From: Thermogladius sp.
GTDB lineage: Archaea; Thermoproteota; Thermoprotei_A; Sulfolobales; Desulfurococcaceae
Length of the DNA: 32,600 bases
Assembly (NCBI GenBank): GCA_009904025.1
Contig: WYEE01000068.1
Location: forward strand, 1 to 32,600
Direction of reading: 5' to 3'
Positions 1-9,310 of the stretch are shown here, one piece after another. The position numbers and the translations under genes are program-made. The notes below the pieces were generated by a model. The model was given only the letters and a program-made list of their open reading frames with translations, was not told the DNA's origin and did not search any database. The stretch's first letter is position 1; each line of letters starts with the position of its first letter.

Positions 1-907
1 CGATAATGGCTAGTTTACCGCCGTTTTCAATAAATCTTACACCTGCCATTACTTTAGGTCCCATGCTACCTGGCTTGAAGTGCCCTTCCGCGTAGTATTT
101 TTTCGCCTCGCTCACCGTAAGGACGTCGAGAGGTTTCGCGTCTGGTTTACCGTAGTTCAAGTACACCTTCTCAACGTCGGTCAGGATCAACAGGATGCTG
201 GCTCCAAGAGCTGTAGCCATCCTCTCCGCGCCTAAATCCTTGTCTATGACCCCCTCCACGCCGTGCAAGACCCCGTTTTCATCCTTGTAGACTGGGATCC
301 CGCCGCCGCCATCTGCGATCACTATGAAGCCGTTGTCGAGCAGTGTTTTAACAGCCTCTATCTCCACTTGAATAAACGGATCCGGTGAGGGGACCACTCT
401 CCTATATCCACCCCTGGGGTCAGGCTTGATGAACCAGCCATACTCCTTCGCCAGCTTCTCTGCCTCCTCCTTCTCGTACCATGGGCCAATGTATTTGCTG
501 GGGTTCTTGAAGTCCGGGTCATCCTTGCTGACGAGCGTCTGCGTTACCACAGTTACAACACCTTTCACTTTCGAGCCTAGAAGCCCCTTCTCTAGAAGCT
601 TGTTGTACAAGGCTTGCTGTAGTAGATAGCCGAGCCAACCCTGGGTCATAGCCCCTGCTATATCCAGTGTCATAGGTGGCAGTTGCTTCATCTTAAGCCC
701 CGCCATCATCCATTCAGCTATTATACCGACCTGGGGGCCGTTGCCGTGTGTCAGAGCTATTCTATATCCCTCCTCTAGCAGGGACACCACTATTTCGGCA
801 GCCTTATACGCGTTCCTCCAATAATCCTCGGGGGTGCCCTTATCGCCTTTACTCTGGAACGCGTTTCCACCGAATGCTATTACCATGTATCTGTCGTCTC
901 TAACCAT
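1..907 (-). CDS. arcC: Carbamate kinase (3' end runs off the window)
   Basis: Not in the ORF track. Manual translation from ATG 907 gives MVRDDRYMVIAFGGNAFQ...THGNGPQVG...KYIGPWY...RRVVPSPDP...GVIDKD...LTDVEKV...GSMGPKV. SD-like GGTGG lies upstream. Confidence 0.95.
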   Translation of the reverse strand, partial: MVRDDRYMVIAFGGNAFQSKGDKGTPEDYWRNAYKAAEIVVSLLEEGYRIALTHGNGPQVGIIAEWMMAGLKMKQLPPMTLDIAGAMTQGWLGYLLQQALYNKLLEKGLLGSKVKGVVTVVTQTLVSKDDPDFKNPSKYIGPWYEKEEAEKLAKEYGWFIKPDPRGGYRRVVPSPDPFIQVEIEAVKTLLDNGFIVIADGGGGIPVYKDENGVLHGVEGVIDKDLGAERMATALGASILLILTDVEKVYLNYGKPDAKPLDVLTVSEAKKYYAEGHFKPGSMGPKVMAGVRFIENGGKLAII

Positions 908-1001
908 TCAACCACCCTGCTTAGAATAGGAGAGATTCCTTTAAGAGTTTTTAAACAATACAATGGTTCCGAGTCTTGTATATTCGCATATATAGATGAT
1001 C

Positions 1002-1781
1002 CTAGATCATAAAATCCGGTACACCCTCGGGCTTATAAGCGACGCGGGGCTTAAGCCCGGTCTTCTTTAAAAGCTCGACTACATGGGGGTAGAGGATCAC
1101 GTACTCTTCATCAATGGAGTTGGCTAGAACAGGGTGTATTTGACTAAGCCTCTTCTTAAAGCTATTGTAGTTGTCCCTGCTACTGAAACTCAACATAACG
1201 GCTGGGTAGAAGTCTTCCCCAGGCTTTAAGCCGGCGTTAAACAGGTTTTCAAGAGCTTTAAATTGGTATTCGAAGAAGGATCTATCAGCCCCAGTCAACA
1301 ACTCGAATTCTTCGGGAGTAGTCCCCTTGAATGATACCCTCACAGCTATGTTTGGGAAAGCTGCGAGTTCTTGAGCGTATTTCTCGTATCTGCCTATGAG
1401 CAAACCGTTTGTTTCTAGTATGAAAACGAGGTTTGTCTCGCTGAAAAGCCTGAGTAGTTCGATCAGGTGCCTCCATGATATAGTAGGCTCTCCCCCGCTG
1501 AGCCTCACATATTTATAACCCCTTCTAAAGGCGATCTCTCTAAGAGTGCGGAATACTCTTAGAGGGCTGTAGAATTCGCCTCTATCCGTGTAGTAGCTGA
1601 ACCTCCAGCTCCAGCAGAACTTACACCTCAGGTTGCACCCGACAACATCACCGGTAGCAATACCGCCATACCATCTACCACCCCTAAACCTGTAGTACCT
1701 CCTCTCCTCAACGCCACCTCTAACTCTAGTAACCTGTTTGTGAACTTCCTCCCCGAGTTTAAAGGGGTCTAAACCTGGCAT
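1002..1781 (-). CDS. Radical SAM protein, function unknown
   Basis: CNLRCKFC (CxxxCxxC), SGGEP and ETNG motifs. Confidence 0.9.
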   Translation of the reverse strand: MPGLDPFKLGEEVHKQVTRVRGGVEERRYYRFRGGRWYGGIATGDVVGCNLRCKFCWSWRFSYYTDRGEFYSPLRVFRTLREIAFRRGYKYVRLSGGEPTISWRHLIELLRLFSETNLVFILETNGLLIGRYEKYAQELAAFPNIAVRVSFKGTTPEEFELLTGADRSFFEYQFKALENLFNAGLKPGEDFYPAVMLSFSSRDNYNSFKKRLSQIHPVLANSIDEEYVILYPHVVELLKKTGLKPRVAYKPEGVPDFMI

Positions 1782-1795
1782 CAGGGTCAGCTGTC

Positions 1796-2686
1796 CTAAG
1801 TAGATAAGCGTCTACCAAGGTATAAAGATGCTCTATCCAACAATACATCGCTCAAATACTCGAACCCCCCTACTAAAACATCAACTAGACCTCTGCTTCC
1901 ACCCTTCTTTAGACTACCCGCTATATAAACTATTGACTGGAGAACTCCGTTGAAATAGCCTAGCCTACTTCTAAGCCGGCTGTACATGCATTTACCTGAT
2001 AAAGGGCATTTCTCGCAGTTGAAAAACGCCCTCAGACAAAGATTTTTATCGGGAGGTGGTAGGTCGAGATACTCGCTTACCAAAGTTTTATAATGCCGGT
2101 CTAAGGGGGCATACTCGGTTAGGCCATGGGCGTATAACAGGTAGGCTTGGCTACCCTTAACTCCAACTCCTCTCAATGTGAGAAGCCTCGCAGCCTCTTC
2201 TAGGGGGTCTTCGAGCGAAGTACTCTCTCTTATAAGATTCTTGTTTTCCATAAACCAAGACACCTGGTAGGATCTCGCCTCGATAACACCGGTTTCCAAA
2301 AGCTGTCTAACCCATTTAACCGTGTTAGTGTGGTAGCTTGTGTTCTGCGATAAGTATATCGTGTATGCTACAACTGTTTTGTCCGAAGGCGAGTACATTA
2401 ATGTAATGGTGTCTACAAGCCCTTTACCATCCAGCTCCGAGGCTAGTTTTCGATATAAGAAGTGTTTATCCAACCCTAGTGTTTTATAGGCAACCTCCTT
2501 AGACCAGTACCGGGGGATCTTACACTCTGTTTCAAGACTTCTCTTATCAAATCTGCACACTAGCCCTCTGTAGGCTCCACGTGTCTTTCTGAAGATGAAC
2601 CCTCCGGAGACTTCTTCGAGATCAAATAATGGTAGTGTATAGGAGGAGTAGAGGGACAATCCATAGTTGATTCCTTTGACTCTCAT
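1796..2686 (-). CDS. HhH-GPD superfamily DNA glycosylase-like protein with C-terminal Fe-S motif
   Basis: HhH LLTLRGVGVK, then PLDRH (catalytic Asp position), then C-x6-C-x2-C-x5-C (CLRAFFNCEKCPLSGKC). Confidence 0.7.
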   Translation of the reverse strand: MRVKGINYGLSLYSSYTLPLFDLEEVSGGFIFRKTRGAYRGLVCRFDKRSLETECKIPRYWSKEVAYKTLGLDKHFLYRKLASELDGKGLVDTITLMYSPSDKTVVAYTIYLSQNTSYHTNTVKWVRQLLETGVIEARSYQVSWFMENKNLIRESTSLEDPLEEAARLLTLRGVGVKGSQAYLLYAHGLTEYAPLDRHYKTLVSEYLDLPPPDKNLCLRAFFNCEKCPLSGKCMYSRLRSRLGYFNGVLQSIVYIAGSLKKGGSRGLVDVLVGGFEYLSDVLLDRASLYLGRRLST

Positions 2687-2727
2687 CCCTCACTCCTATT
2701 AGGCTTAGAAAGGGCTTGAGAGGAGAA

Positions 2728-2757
2728 AGTAAGGAGAAGAAAAAGAAAAAACAAAAG
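2728..2757 (-). terminator. Oligo-U/pyrimidine-rich archaeal terminator
   Basis: Minus strand reads CTTTTGTTTTTTCTTTTTCTTCTCCTT directly after the stop of 2758..3834. Confidence 0.65.
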
Positions 2758-3834
2758 CTACCACTTTCTACTGCCCATTACCATAGCCATTACTGCTTTC
2801 TGTACGTGCAACCTGTTCTCGGCTTCCTCAAAGTATAGGCTCTTCGAGTAGCTGTCTAACACCTCGTCTGTAACCTCTTGGCCTCTGTCAGCTGGGCCGC
2901 AGTGCATGTAGAATGGTTTACCAGCCTTCTCCAACCTCTCAGTTGTAACTATCCAGTCCTTGAACTTGCTCTGGTACGCTGTCGCCCCCTCCTTGTCGAC
3001 CTTCGTGTTGAAGGGTGGGAAGAAGCCCTTGGGGCTCCACGCCTTCGGGTACACTATTGTAGCACCCTCGAACGCTTCATCCATGTTGTGGACAATCTTG
3101 AACTCGCTACCCCAGTGCTCAGCGTACTTCTTAGCCTTGTTCATCACATCGTCTAATAGCTCGAATCCTGGTGGATGAGCTACATAGACGTCTGCGCCTA
3201 GCATGGCGAAAGTTGTCGCTACATCCTGTGGTACGGCGAGCGGCTTCAGCCCGCCGCTGTATGCGTAGCTGACGACGACTTTCTTGCCCCTGAGATCCTT
3301 GGGGAAGCCTAATGCTTCGAACGCCGCTAAGGCGTCAGCCAGGGACTGGAATGGGTGCCAGACATCGTCCTCCATGTTCAGAACTGGCACTTTACTCCAC
3401 TTGGCAAACTCCTCTATAATCCTATGCCCTCTCCCAATAATCCACTTGGCTGCATCACCGTAGATCCTGATAGCGATTCCGCTACCATACCTGCTTAGAA
3501 CTCTAGCCACGTCGCTGATAGCCTCAGTCGCATATGGCACCATGTCCTCGGGTAGAGTAGGCGTATAAACCTGGTCTGGGGATATGTATATTGCCTGGCC
3601 GCCTAGCTGGTACATACCTGTCTGGAAGCTGTTCCTAGTCCTCAGGCTTTTATTGTAGAAGATCAAGTATAGTGTTTTACCGTCAAGCCAGTTAACTTTC
3701 CTCGTACCCTTGTGGAACATCTCCTTCAGCTCTTTGGCGGCCTTCAGCACAGTGAATATTGTGTCTATGTCGTAGTCCGCATTGGATAGCCAGTGTTTGC
3801 CTTCGAGCAAGCCCAGGAACCATGCCTCGCTCAT
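2758..3834 (-). CDS. Knotted-type carbamoyltransferase (YgeW/N-acetylornithine transcarbamylase-like), substrate uncertain
   Basis: SLRT carbamoyl-phosphate motif, HPFQ, proline-rich YAYSGGLKPLAVPQ loop, IVYPKAW, MHCGP and EAENRLH. Lacks the OTCase DxxxSMG motif. Confidence 0.8.
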   Translation of the reverse strand: MSEAWFLGLLEGKHWLSNADYDIDTIFTVLKAAKELKEMFHKGTRKVNWLDGKTLYLIFYNKSLRTRNSFQTGMYQLGGQAIYISPDQVYTPTLPEDMVPYATEAISDVARVLSRYGSGIAIRIYGDAAKWIIGRGHRIIEEFAKWSKVPVLNMEDDVWHPFQSLADALAAFEALGFPKDLRGKKVVVSYAYSGGLKPLAVPQDVATTFAMLGADVYVAHPPGFELLDDVMNKAKKYAEHWGSEFKIVHNMDEAFEGATIVYPKAWSPKGFFPPFNTKVDKEGATAYQSKFKDWIVTTERLEKAGKPFYMHCGPADRGQEVTDEVLDSYSKSLYFEEAENRLHVQKAVMAMVMGSRKW

Positions 3835-3875
3835 ATACTACACCTCGTTTATCCTGGATATCCGACTTGTAGTAT
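3835..3875. repeat. 41-bp imperfect palindrome spanning the whole intergenic region
   Basis: ATACTACA-cc-TCG-tt-TATCC-t-GGATA-tc-CGA-ct-TGTAGTAT. 16 of 20 symmetric positions are complementary about 3855. Confidence 0.85.
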
Positions 3876-4985
3876 TTAACGTTTACTTAACCTAGATTCT
3901 TGACGAGAGTAGGGTATAACGGGCACCTTACCGAAGCGTCCGAGATCCACTGCCTCCAAGGGCTCACTGTTTACCGGTATTACCCTTAGGGCCATCGGCC
4001 TTTTCTTAGTGGCCGCCACACCATATGAGTCTAGTATAAACCTGGAGAGTTCCCCGGTGGAGGATGGGACAACAAGCATGTCTGGCCCAGCAACGCATAC
4101 AGAGGAGTAGGATAGGAGGTCGTATGCCGTGAGAACACCCCTGGATCCAAGTTTAATAAGCTCGTCATCCTCAGCGTAGGGTAGCATCACCTCGTTGAAC
4201 CCTACGCCGGCACCACTCGCCTCGGCAACCATCCTTATATGCTTGTTCAGCTCGAATAAACCGTAGTGGAAACCGGGCTCCAAAACCCTGTACCCAAGGG
4301 CCTCCAGCAATTTTACCACGCTATTCTCCTTCCAGGGCGACAAGCTGAAATCGGCAACCACCCTTAGTCGAAACGCCCTCTTAACAGCATCGAATAAACT
4401 GGCCGCTGAACGAGAAAACATATTGAAGGCTTCACCAATACTTGCACCCTCGTTTACAGCATCTCTGAGGTAATCCGGGTATAGGAATGAGAAACCAACT
4501 CCTTCGACGCCACTACTAGTTGAATCCGGGAAATACGGTGTTTCAATGGGTTGATCATGGAATCCAACGGCTATCCTCGTAGCAGCTGATGGATCGGCAT
4601 CGCTTACGCCATGAATTATTTTCGAAAAAACTCTAGAAGACTCTACCGGGTTACCCTCGTTGAATATCAAGCTAGTATAGTATCCTCCCAGAACCGTTTC
4701 TTCAACCGCTTTCTCCCCAGCCTTATCAACATTGAGAGAGCCAATACTGACTAGAATACCCTCCTCCACTAAACCCAGGTGGTCTAGAGTTTTAACAAGG
4801 TCAGCCAGCCCTATCTCACTTTGAGGTAGCGTGATCCTTGTCGTGAACACCGTGAACCCCTCATTCTCCACGAGTTTAGTGATATCGGAGAGTAGTGTAA
4901 CAGCCTTCTCGAGCCTCAACTTCAATTCGTTTACATCCTTGAATCGCGGTGTGAAATACGCGATTGCCCTCACAACCAGCTTCAT
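3876..4985 (-). CDS. DUF711/UPF0210 family (PFL-like fold) protein
   Basis: N-terminal VRAIAYF, PYFP, DFSLSPW, GFNEVMLPYAED, YSSVCVAGPDM and LRVIPV motifs. Start is more likely ATG 4985 or 4994 than 5051. Confidence 0.75.
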   Translation of the reverse strand: MKLVVRAIAYFTPRFKDVNELKLRLEKAVTLLSDITKLVENEGFTVFTTRITLPQSEIGLADLVKTLDHLGLVEEGILVSIGSLNVDKAGEKAVEETVLGGYYTSLIFNEGNPVESSRVFSKIIHGVSDADPSAATRIAVGFHDQPIETPYFPDSTSSGVEGVGFSFLYPDYLRDAVNEGASIGEAFNMFSRSAASLFDAVKRAFRLRVVADFSLSPWKENSVVKLLEALGYRVLEPGFHYGLFELNKHIRMVAEASGAGVGFNEVMLPYAEDDELIKLGSRGVLTAYDLLSYSSVCVAGPDMLVVPSSTGELSRFILDSYGVAATKKRPMALRVIPVNSEPLEAVDLGRFGKVPVIPYSRQESRLSKR

Positions 4986-5083
4986 GTACCTCATCAGAGG
5001 GTGGTTCATGGCGCTGAGAGGGTAATAAAAGCACAGTCTCCGGGATGTCAAATATTTTTACCTTTGCGATAACTCAAGTTTGT

Positions 5084-6040
5084 ATGGTGACGCCGTTGTA
5101 CAATGGTTTGAAGAACAGGGATTTCCTAACTCTAGCCGAGTTCACTAGGGAAGAGATGCTGACGATGCTCGACGTAGCCGCTCACTTGAAAACACGGTTC
5201 AAGATGGGTGAAAGAGTTATCCCAGTACTCTCAGGCAGGCATTTAGCAATGATCTTCGAGAAGCCTAGCACCAGGACTAGAGTTAGCTTTGAGACAGCTA
5301 TGAAAGAGCTTGGAGGCGACGTTATCGTCCTACACTCCAGCGAGATGCAACTCGCCAGAGGGGAGACTATTGAGGATACTGCGAGAACCCTCTCCAGGTA
5401 TGTGGATGGCATAGTGGCTAGGGTTTACGAGCATCACAAACTCGAGAAGCTAGCCGAGTACAGCAGTGTACCCGTGATAAACGGGTTAAGCGACCTACAC
5501 CACCCTGCTCAGGGTCTAGCCGACGTCTTCACTATAATGGAGAAGAAGGGGAGGGATATCTCCAAGCTCAAGATAGTGTTCGTTGGAGACGGAGGGGATA
5601 ATGTAGCTCACAGCCTAATGCTGGCTGTGGGTATACTCGGTGGAAAACTAGTTATATCCTCTCCTAAGGGCTATGACCCGCACCCATCCGTGGTCAAACT
5701 ATTCAATGAGACTGCCGCAAAGTACGGTGGCTCTTTCGAGGTTGAGAGGGATCCATGGAGAGCCGTTAGGGATGCGGACGTGGTATATACCGATGTTTGG
5801 GTTAGTATGGGGCAGGAGAGTGAAAGAGAGAAGAGGGTAAGAGACCTAGAGCCCTACAAGGTCACCTCTCTACTAATGAGGCAGGCTAAACCAGACGGGA
5901 TCTTCATGCATTGCCTGCCCGCGCACAGAGGGGAGGAGGTCACCAACGATGTCATAGACGGGAAGTGGAGTGTGGTGTGGGATCAAGCCGAGAATAGAAA
6001 GCATGTTCAGAAATCGATTCTAGCTTTACTCATTCCTTAA
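5084..6040 (+). CDS. argF: Ornithine carbamoyltransferase
   Basis: FEKPSTRTR, HPAQ, YTDVWVSMG, HCLP and QAENR motifs. Start placed at ATG 5084. Could be catabolic (ArcB-type) given the nearby carbamate kinase. Confidence 0.93.
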   Translation: MVTPLYNGLKNRDFLTLAEFTREEMLTMLDVAAHLKTRFKMGERVIPVLSGRHLAMIFEKPSTRTRVSFETAMKELGGDVIVLHSSEMQLARGETIEDTARTLSRYVDGIVARVYEHHKLEKLAEYSSVPVINGLSDLHHPAQGLADVFTIMEKKGRDISKLKIVFVGDGGDNVAHSLMLAVGILGGKLVISSPKGYDPHPSVVKLFNETAAKYGGSFEVERDPWRAVRDADVVYTDVWVSMGQESEREKRVRDLEPYKVTSLLMRQAKPDGIFMHCLPAHRGEEVTNDVIDGKWSVVWDQAENRKHVQKSILALLIP

Positions 6041-6099
6041 AGAATGTTTTTTATACTTCAACCACGGTATATAGGCTTCCTAGCTAAGGGTGTAGAGAG

Positions 6100-8550
6100 T
6101 TGTCGGAGTTGAGTTATAGACTGGGGAGGGTTTTCTACGAATTTAAAAGAGAGCACAACCGAGAGTACAAGCTTATAGTGTACTCCCTGCTCGCCTTGAT
6201 CGTCATTGTTGGAGTCTACGTTAGGGCTCTGCCTGGTTTAAACTACGGGCTTGAACTATACGAGGCAGACCCATTCGTGGTCTACTGGCAGGCGAACTAC
6301 ATATACGAGCACGGGTTGCTATCATGGTATAGTCTCACGCAGGATAACCCTGCTACTCATATCTTCTGGTATCCTTGGGGTAGGGATTTCACGCACTCCG
6401 AATACCCGGCTCTACCCATGTGGGAGGCTTTATCATATAATATAGTCAGGTTCACGGGGATATCTTTCAAAGACTGGTGTGTTATACAGCCTTTGATCTT
6501 CACGGTGTTCACAATACTGTTCGTGTACTTGTCAGCGTATGAGCTCACACGAGGGAGTACTCTAGCAGGCTTACTCGCCGCAGTGTTCTACGCTTTAGTG
6601 CCGGCCGCAACTGGTAGGAGTATAATTGGTTTCTCAACTAAGTATGGTATAGGAATAATGTTTGCTACACTATTCTTCTACCTATACATATTGTTCTACA
6701 AGCAATACTCTTCGAGAGGTCTTAACGTAAAAACAACAGTTCTGCTAATAGCGTCCTCGATAGCGTTCGGCCTCCTGGGTTGGTCCTGGGGAGGCTTCAT
6801 CTACGTGCTAGGCGGCTTCACAGCATATCTAACTCTACTACCACTAATATCCTCGAAGGATGCCACACCCAGGTTCATCACACTAAACATACTGATGCTC
6901 CTGTTGACTTACATAGTGGTTTTCGGATCGCCAGCGATAACGTCTATGCTACAGATCAGCCCGTTTAAGGTTAGCGGTTTAGGCATGGTCGTCTTAGCTT
7001 CAACACTAATACCCCTCTTGTACTCGATTCAATACCACGAGTATAAGAGGATGGGTTTGCGAAAGCCTATAATCAGGTTGGGAGGGTACTTCCTGATTCT
7101 CATAATCCTGGTGATCGCCGGCGTCATACTTGTTTACACGGGTAAACTCGAAATCGCGGGGCGTTTCGCGTGGATTCTAGGTTTAAGGGAGATAGCTTCA
7201 AACCCGATATTCGAGAGTGTAGAGGAGCACCAGCCTGCTTTATCGACTATGGGCATATCCGGAATCCTAAGGAGTTGGGGGACTTACTCCGATTGGATGT
7301 TCATTGTATCGCCTTTTCTACTAGCGGTGCTCGGCGCATTGTATCTAATATACAAAGGCGGAGCGGACAGGGCTCTCATAGCGGTGTCCTTCCTACTGGC
7401 AGTCTACGCCTATATGAACGCGGCCTACATGGAGGTGACGGCAGCGACAACCGGCCTCACCATAGCAGGTGTTTTCGCAGAGGTGGTATCCTCAAGGCTG
7501 ATACCGCAGGAGAGCGTTTACGCGAAGGACAGGAGGAAGAGGGTGTATGCTAGGAAAACGAGCCCGGAGATATTCCTGGTTTCACTAATACTCACAGTAC
7601 TCCTACTTGCCAACATAGCGTTAGCAGGCTACTCCACTTATCTCCAGATGAACAGTGTGGTTCCCAGTATTAAAGCAGGCTATACCTCGCTTCCGTATTG
7701 GACTAACGCATGGTACAAGGCTATAGACGCGATAAGGAATACACCACCCGGCTCAGTCATAGTGGCGTGGTGGGATTACGGGTACCCGATCAGCGTCCTC
7801 GGGGATAGGGCGTCTGTAGCTGACGGTTCAACACTTAACATAACTCAGATCGGCGTACTAGGTTTAATACTGACAGCCCAGAACACCAGTGAAGTAGTTC
7901 AACTACTCAGACTACTTGACACGCCTGTAAACAAGACTTACATACTCGTCTTCGATGTTTTTAGCTTCAGGCCGACAGGCAACAACTCCTATGATGTAAC
8001 ACCTGTGATACCAGGCTTAATGGTAGGCCTGGACGATATTCCCAAGAGCATCTGGATGATAAGGATCGGGGACTCAATTGTAGGACAGCTCGAGGCGAAA
8101 GGGGTGAACGCACCCTATGTCTCTCTTGGTGATGCCTTCTATCTCTACTTCTTCAGCAACAACCTGGTGGTATCACCCAGGTTCGACGATTTATCGAATG
8201 CTCCTCTACTATACAAGATGATGGTCGACGGCATCTTATACCTCAATGAACAATGGAAATCCAACGTGACATTCACATGGTATACCGGTGTACCCAACCC
8301 GATTTCATCGCTTACAGCATCCTACCCTCAGTTATCATCTCTTGTCGACCAGCTGAATTTGACAACCTACATACAGGTTCTATCCACTAAAACGCTGGGA
8401 GCAGGTGATAGACCATTAGCCAACGACCCATACCTGAAACCCTACGCTGTAATAGCTGAGCCTTTCCTCGATAAATCGGGTAACAAGGTTGTTGTAAACG
8501 GGGCCTACCTATACGAAGTGATTACAATATACCAGGTCATAACCTATTAG
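6100..8550 (+). CDS. aglB: Oligosaccharyltransferase AglB (STT3 family)
   Basis: Multi-TM N-terminal region with EADP and SVEEHQP, the WWDYG motif, and a DK-type motif (DDIPKSIWM). Confidence 0.93.
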   Translation: MSELSYRLGRVFYEFKREHNREYKLIVYSLLALIVIVGVYVRALPGLNYGLELYEADPFVVYWQANYIYEHGLLSWYSLTQDNPATHIFWYPWGRDFTHSEYPALPMWEALSYNIVRFTGISFKDWCVIQPLIFTVFTILFVYLSAYELTRGSTLAGLLAAVFYALVPAATGRSIIGFSTKYGIGIMFATLFFYLYILFYKQYSSRGLNVKTTVLLIASSIAFGLLGWSWGGFIYVLGGFTAYLTLLPLISSKDATPRFITLNILMLLLTYIVVFGSPAITSMLQISPFKVSGLGMVVLASTLIPLLYSIQYHEYKRMGLRKPIIRLGGYFLILIILVIAGVILVYTGKLEIAGRFAWILGLREIASNPIFESVEEHQPALSTMGISGILRSWGTYSDWMFIVSPFLLAVLGALYLIYKGGADRALIAVSFLLAVYAYMNAAYMEVTAATTGLTIAGVFAEVVSSRLIPQESVYAKDRRKRVYARKTSPEIFLVSLILTVLLLANIALAGYSTYLQMNSVVPSIKAGYTSLPYWTNAWYKAIDAIRNTPPGSVIVAWWDYGYPISVLGDRASVADGSTLNITQIGVLGLILTAQNTSEVVQLLRLLDTPVNKTYILVFDVFSFRPTGNNSYDVTPVIPGLMVGLDDIPKSIWMIRIGDSIVGQLEAKGVNAPYVSLGDAFYLYFFSNNLVVSPRFDDLSNAPLLYKMMVDGILYLNEQWKSNVTFTWYTGVPNPISSLTASYPQLSSLVDQLNLTTYIQVLSTKTLGAGDRPLANDPYLKPYAVIAEPFLDKSGNKVVVNGAYLYEVITIYQVITY

Positions 8551-8755
8551 AAAACACGATCTACACTCCAATTACAGGTTTTCAAATCAGCGTTCCGGCA
8601 CCGGGGACTCCAAGCAAAACCTCTGCGGGGAAGGAAGATGATATAGCTCTATGGTTTGAAACACTCATCACAGGAACCTAATCAGCTCTGCGATGATAAT
8701 ACCCCGTTATTTTATAAATAAACCTATTGGAGAATAACATGGTTGGTGTGCTGAT

Positions 8756-9310
8756 TTGGTTTTCAAGAAGAAGGTTGATCCTTTGAAATCTGCTTTAACA
8801 GCGCTTTACAATGTGAGGGCTAGTATTCAGAGGCTTGACGCCCTCATCGACAGGATTAACAGCAGGCGGAGTAAGCTGATGGACATGGCTGTTGAACTCC
8901 AGGCAAGGGGTGAGACGTATCTCGCTAAAAGATACGCTGAGGAGATAGCTAAGCTTGATAGAATGAGGAGCAGGCTTGAAGTGTTGAAACTCGTCCTCGA
9001 GAAAGTCTCGCTGAGCATAGATTTGGCGATAACCATGAGAGACTTCAAGCTGATAGCTGACGAGGTTTCGAGTATTGTAGGCGAGATCAAAAAGATACCT
9101 GAGTCGAAGATCTCCGACTTAGCTGTTTACTTCGCCGAGCTAGAGGTCTCGATAAGAGAGCTAGCAAGCACCAATCTCGAAACAGGGCCACCACTACAGC
9201 TCGATACAACTGAGACGCCTGATGCTAGGAAAGTGCTTGAGGAGGCTAGGAGCCTGTTGAAGACGAAGCTTGAAAACGAGAATCTCCAGCCGCCCGCGTT
9301 AAATAAGTAA
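8756..9310 (+). CDS. ESCRT-III/Snf7 (CdvB-paralog-like) protein
   Basis: Basic helical N-terminal half (LAKRYAEEIAKL...LKLVLEKV), acidic C-terminal half, and an ARKVLEEA motif typical of crenarchaeal CdvB paralogs. Confidence 0.75.
   Translation: MVFKKKVDPLKSALTALYNVRASIQRLDALIDRINSRRSKLMDMAVELQARGETYLAKRYAEEIAKLDRMRSRLEVLKLVLEKVSLSIDLAITMRDFKLIADEVSSIVGEIKKIPESKISDLAVYFAELEVSIRELASTNLETGPPLQLDTTETPDARKVLEEARSLLKTKLENENLQPPALNK

Noticed and set aside
4986-5083. Apparent head-to-head overlap of DUF711 (5051) and OTCase (5045)
   Set aside because: Artefact of longest-ORF start calling; plausible starts leave a normal divergent promoter gap.
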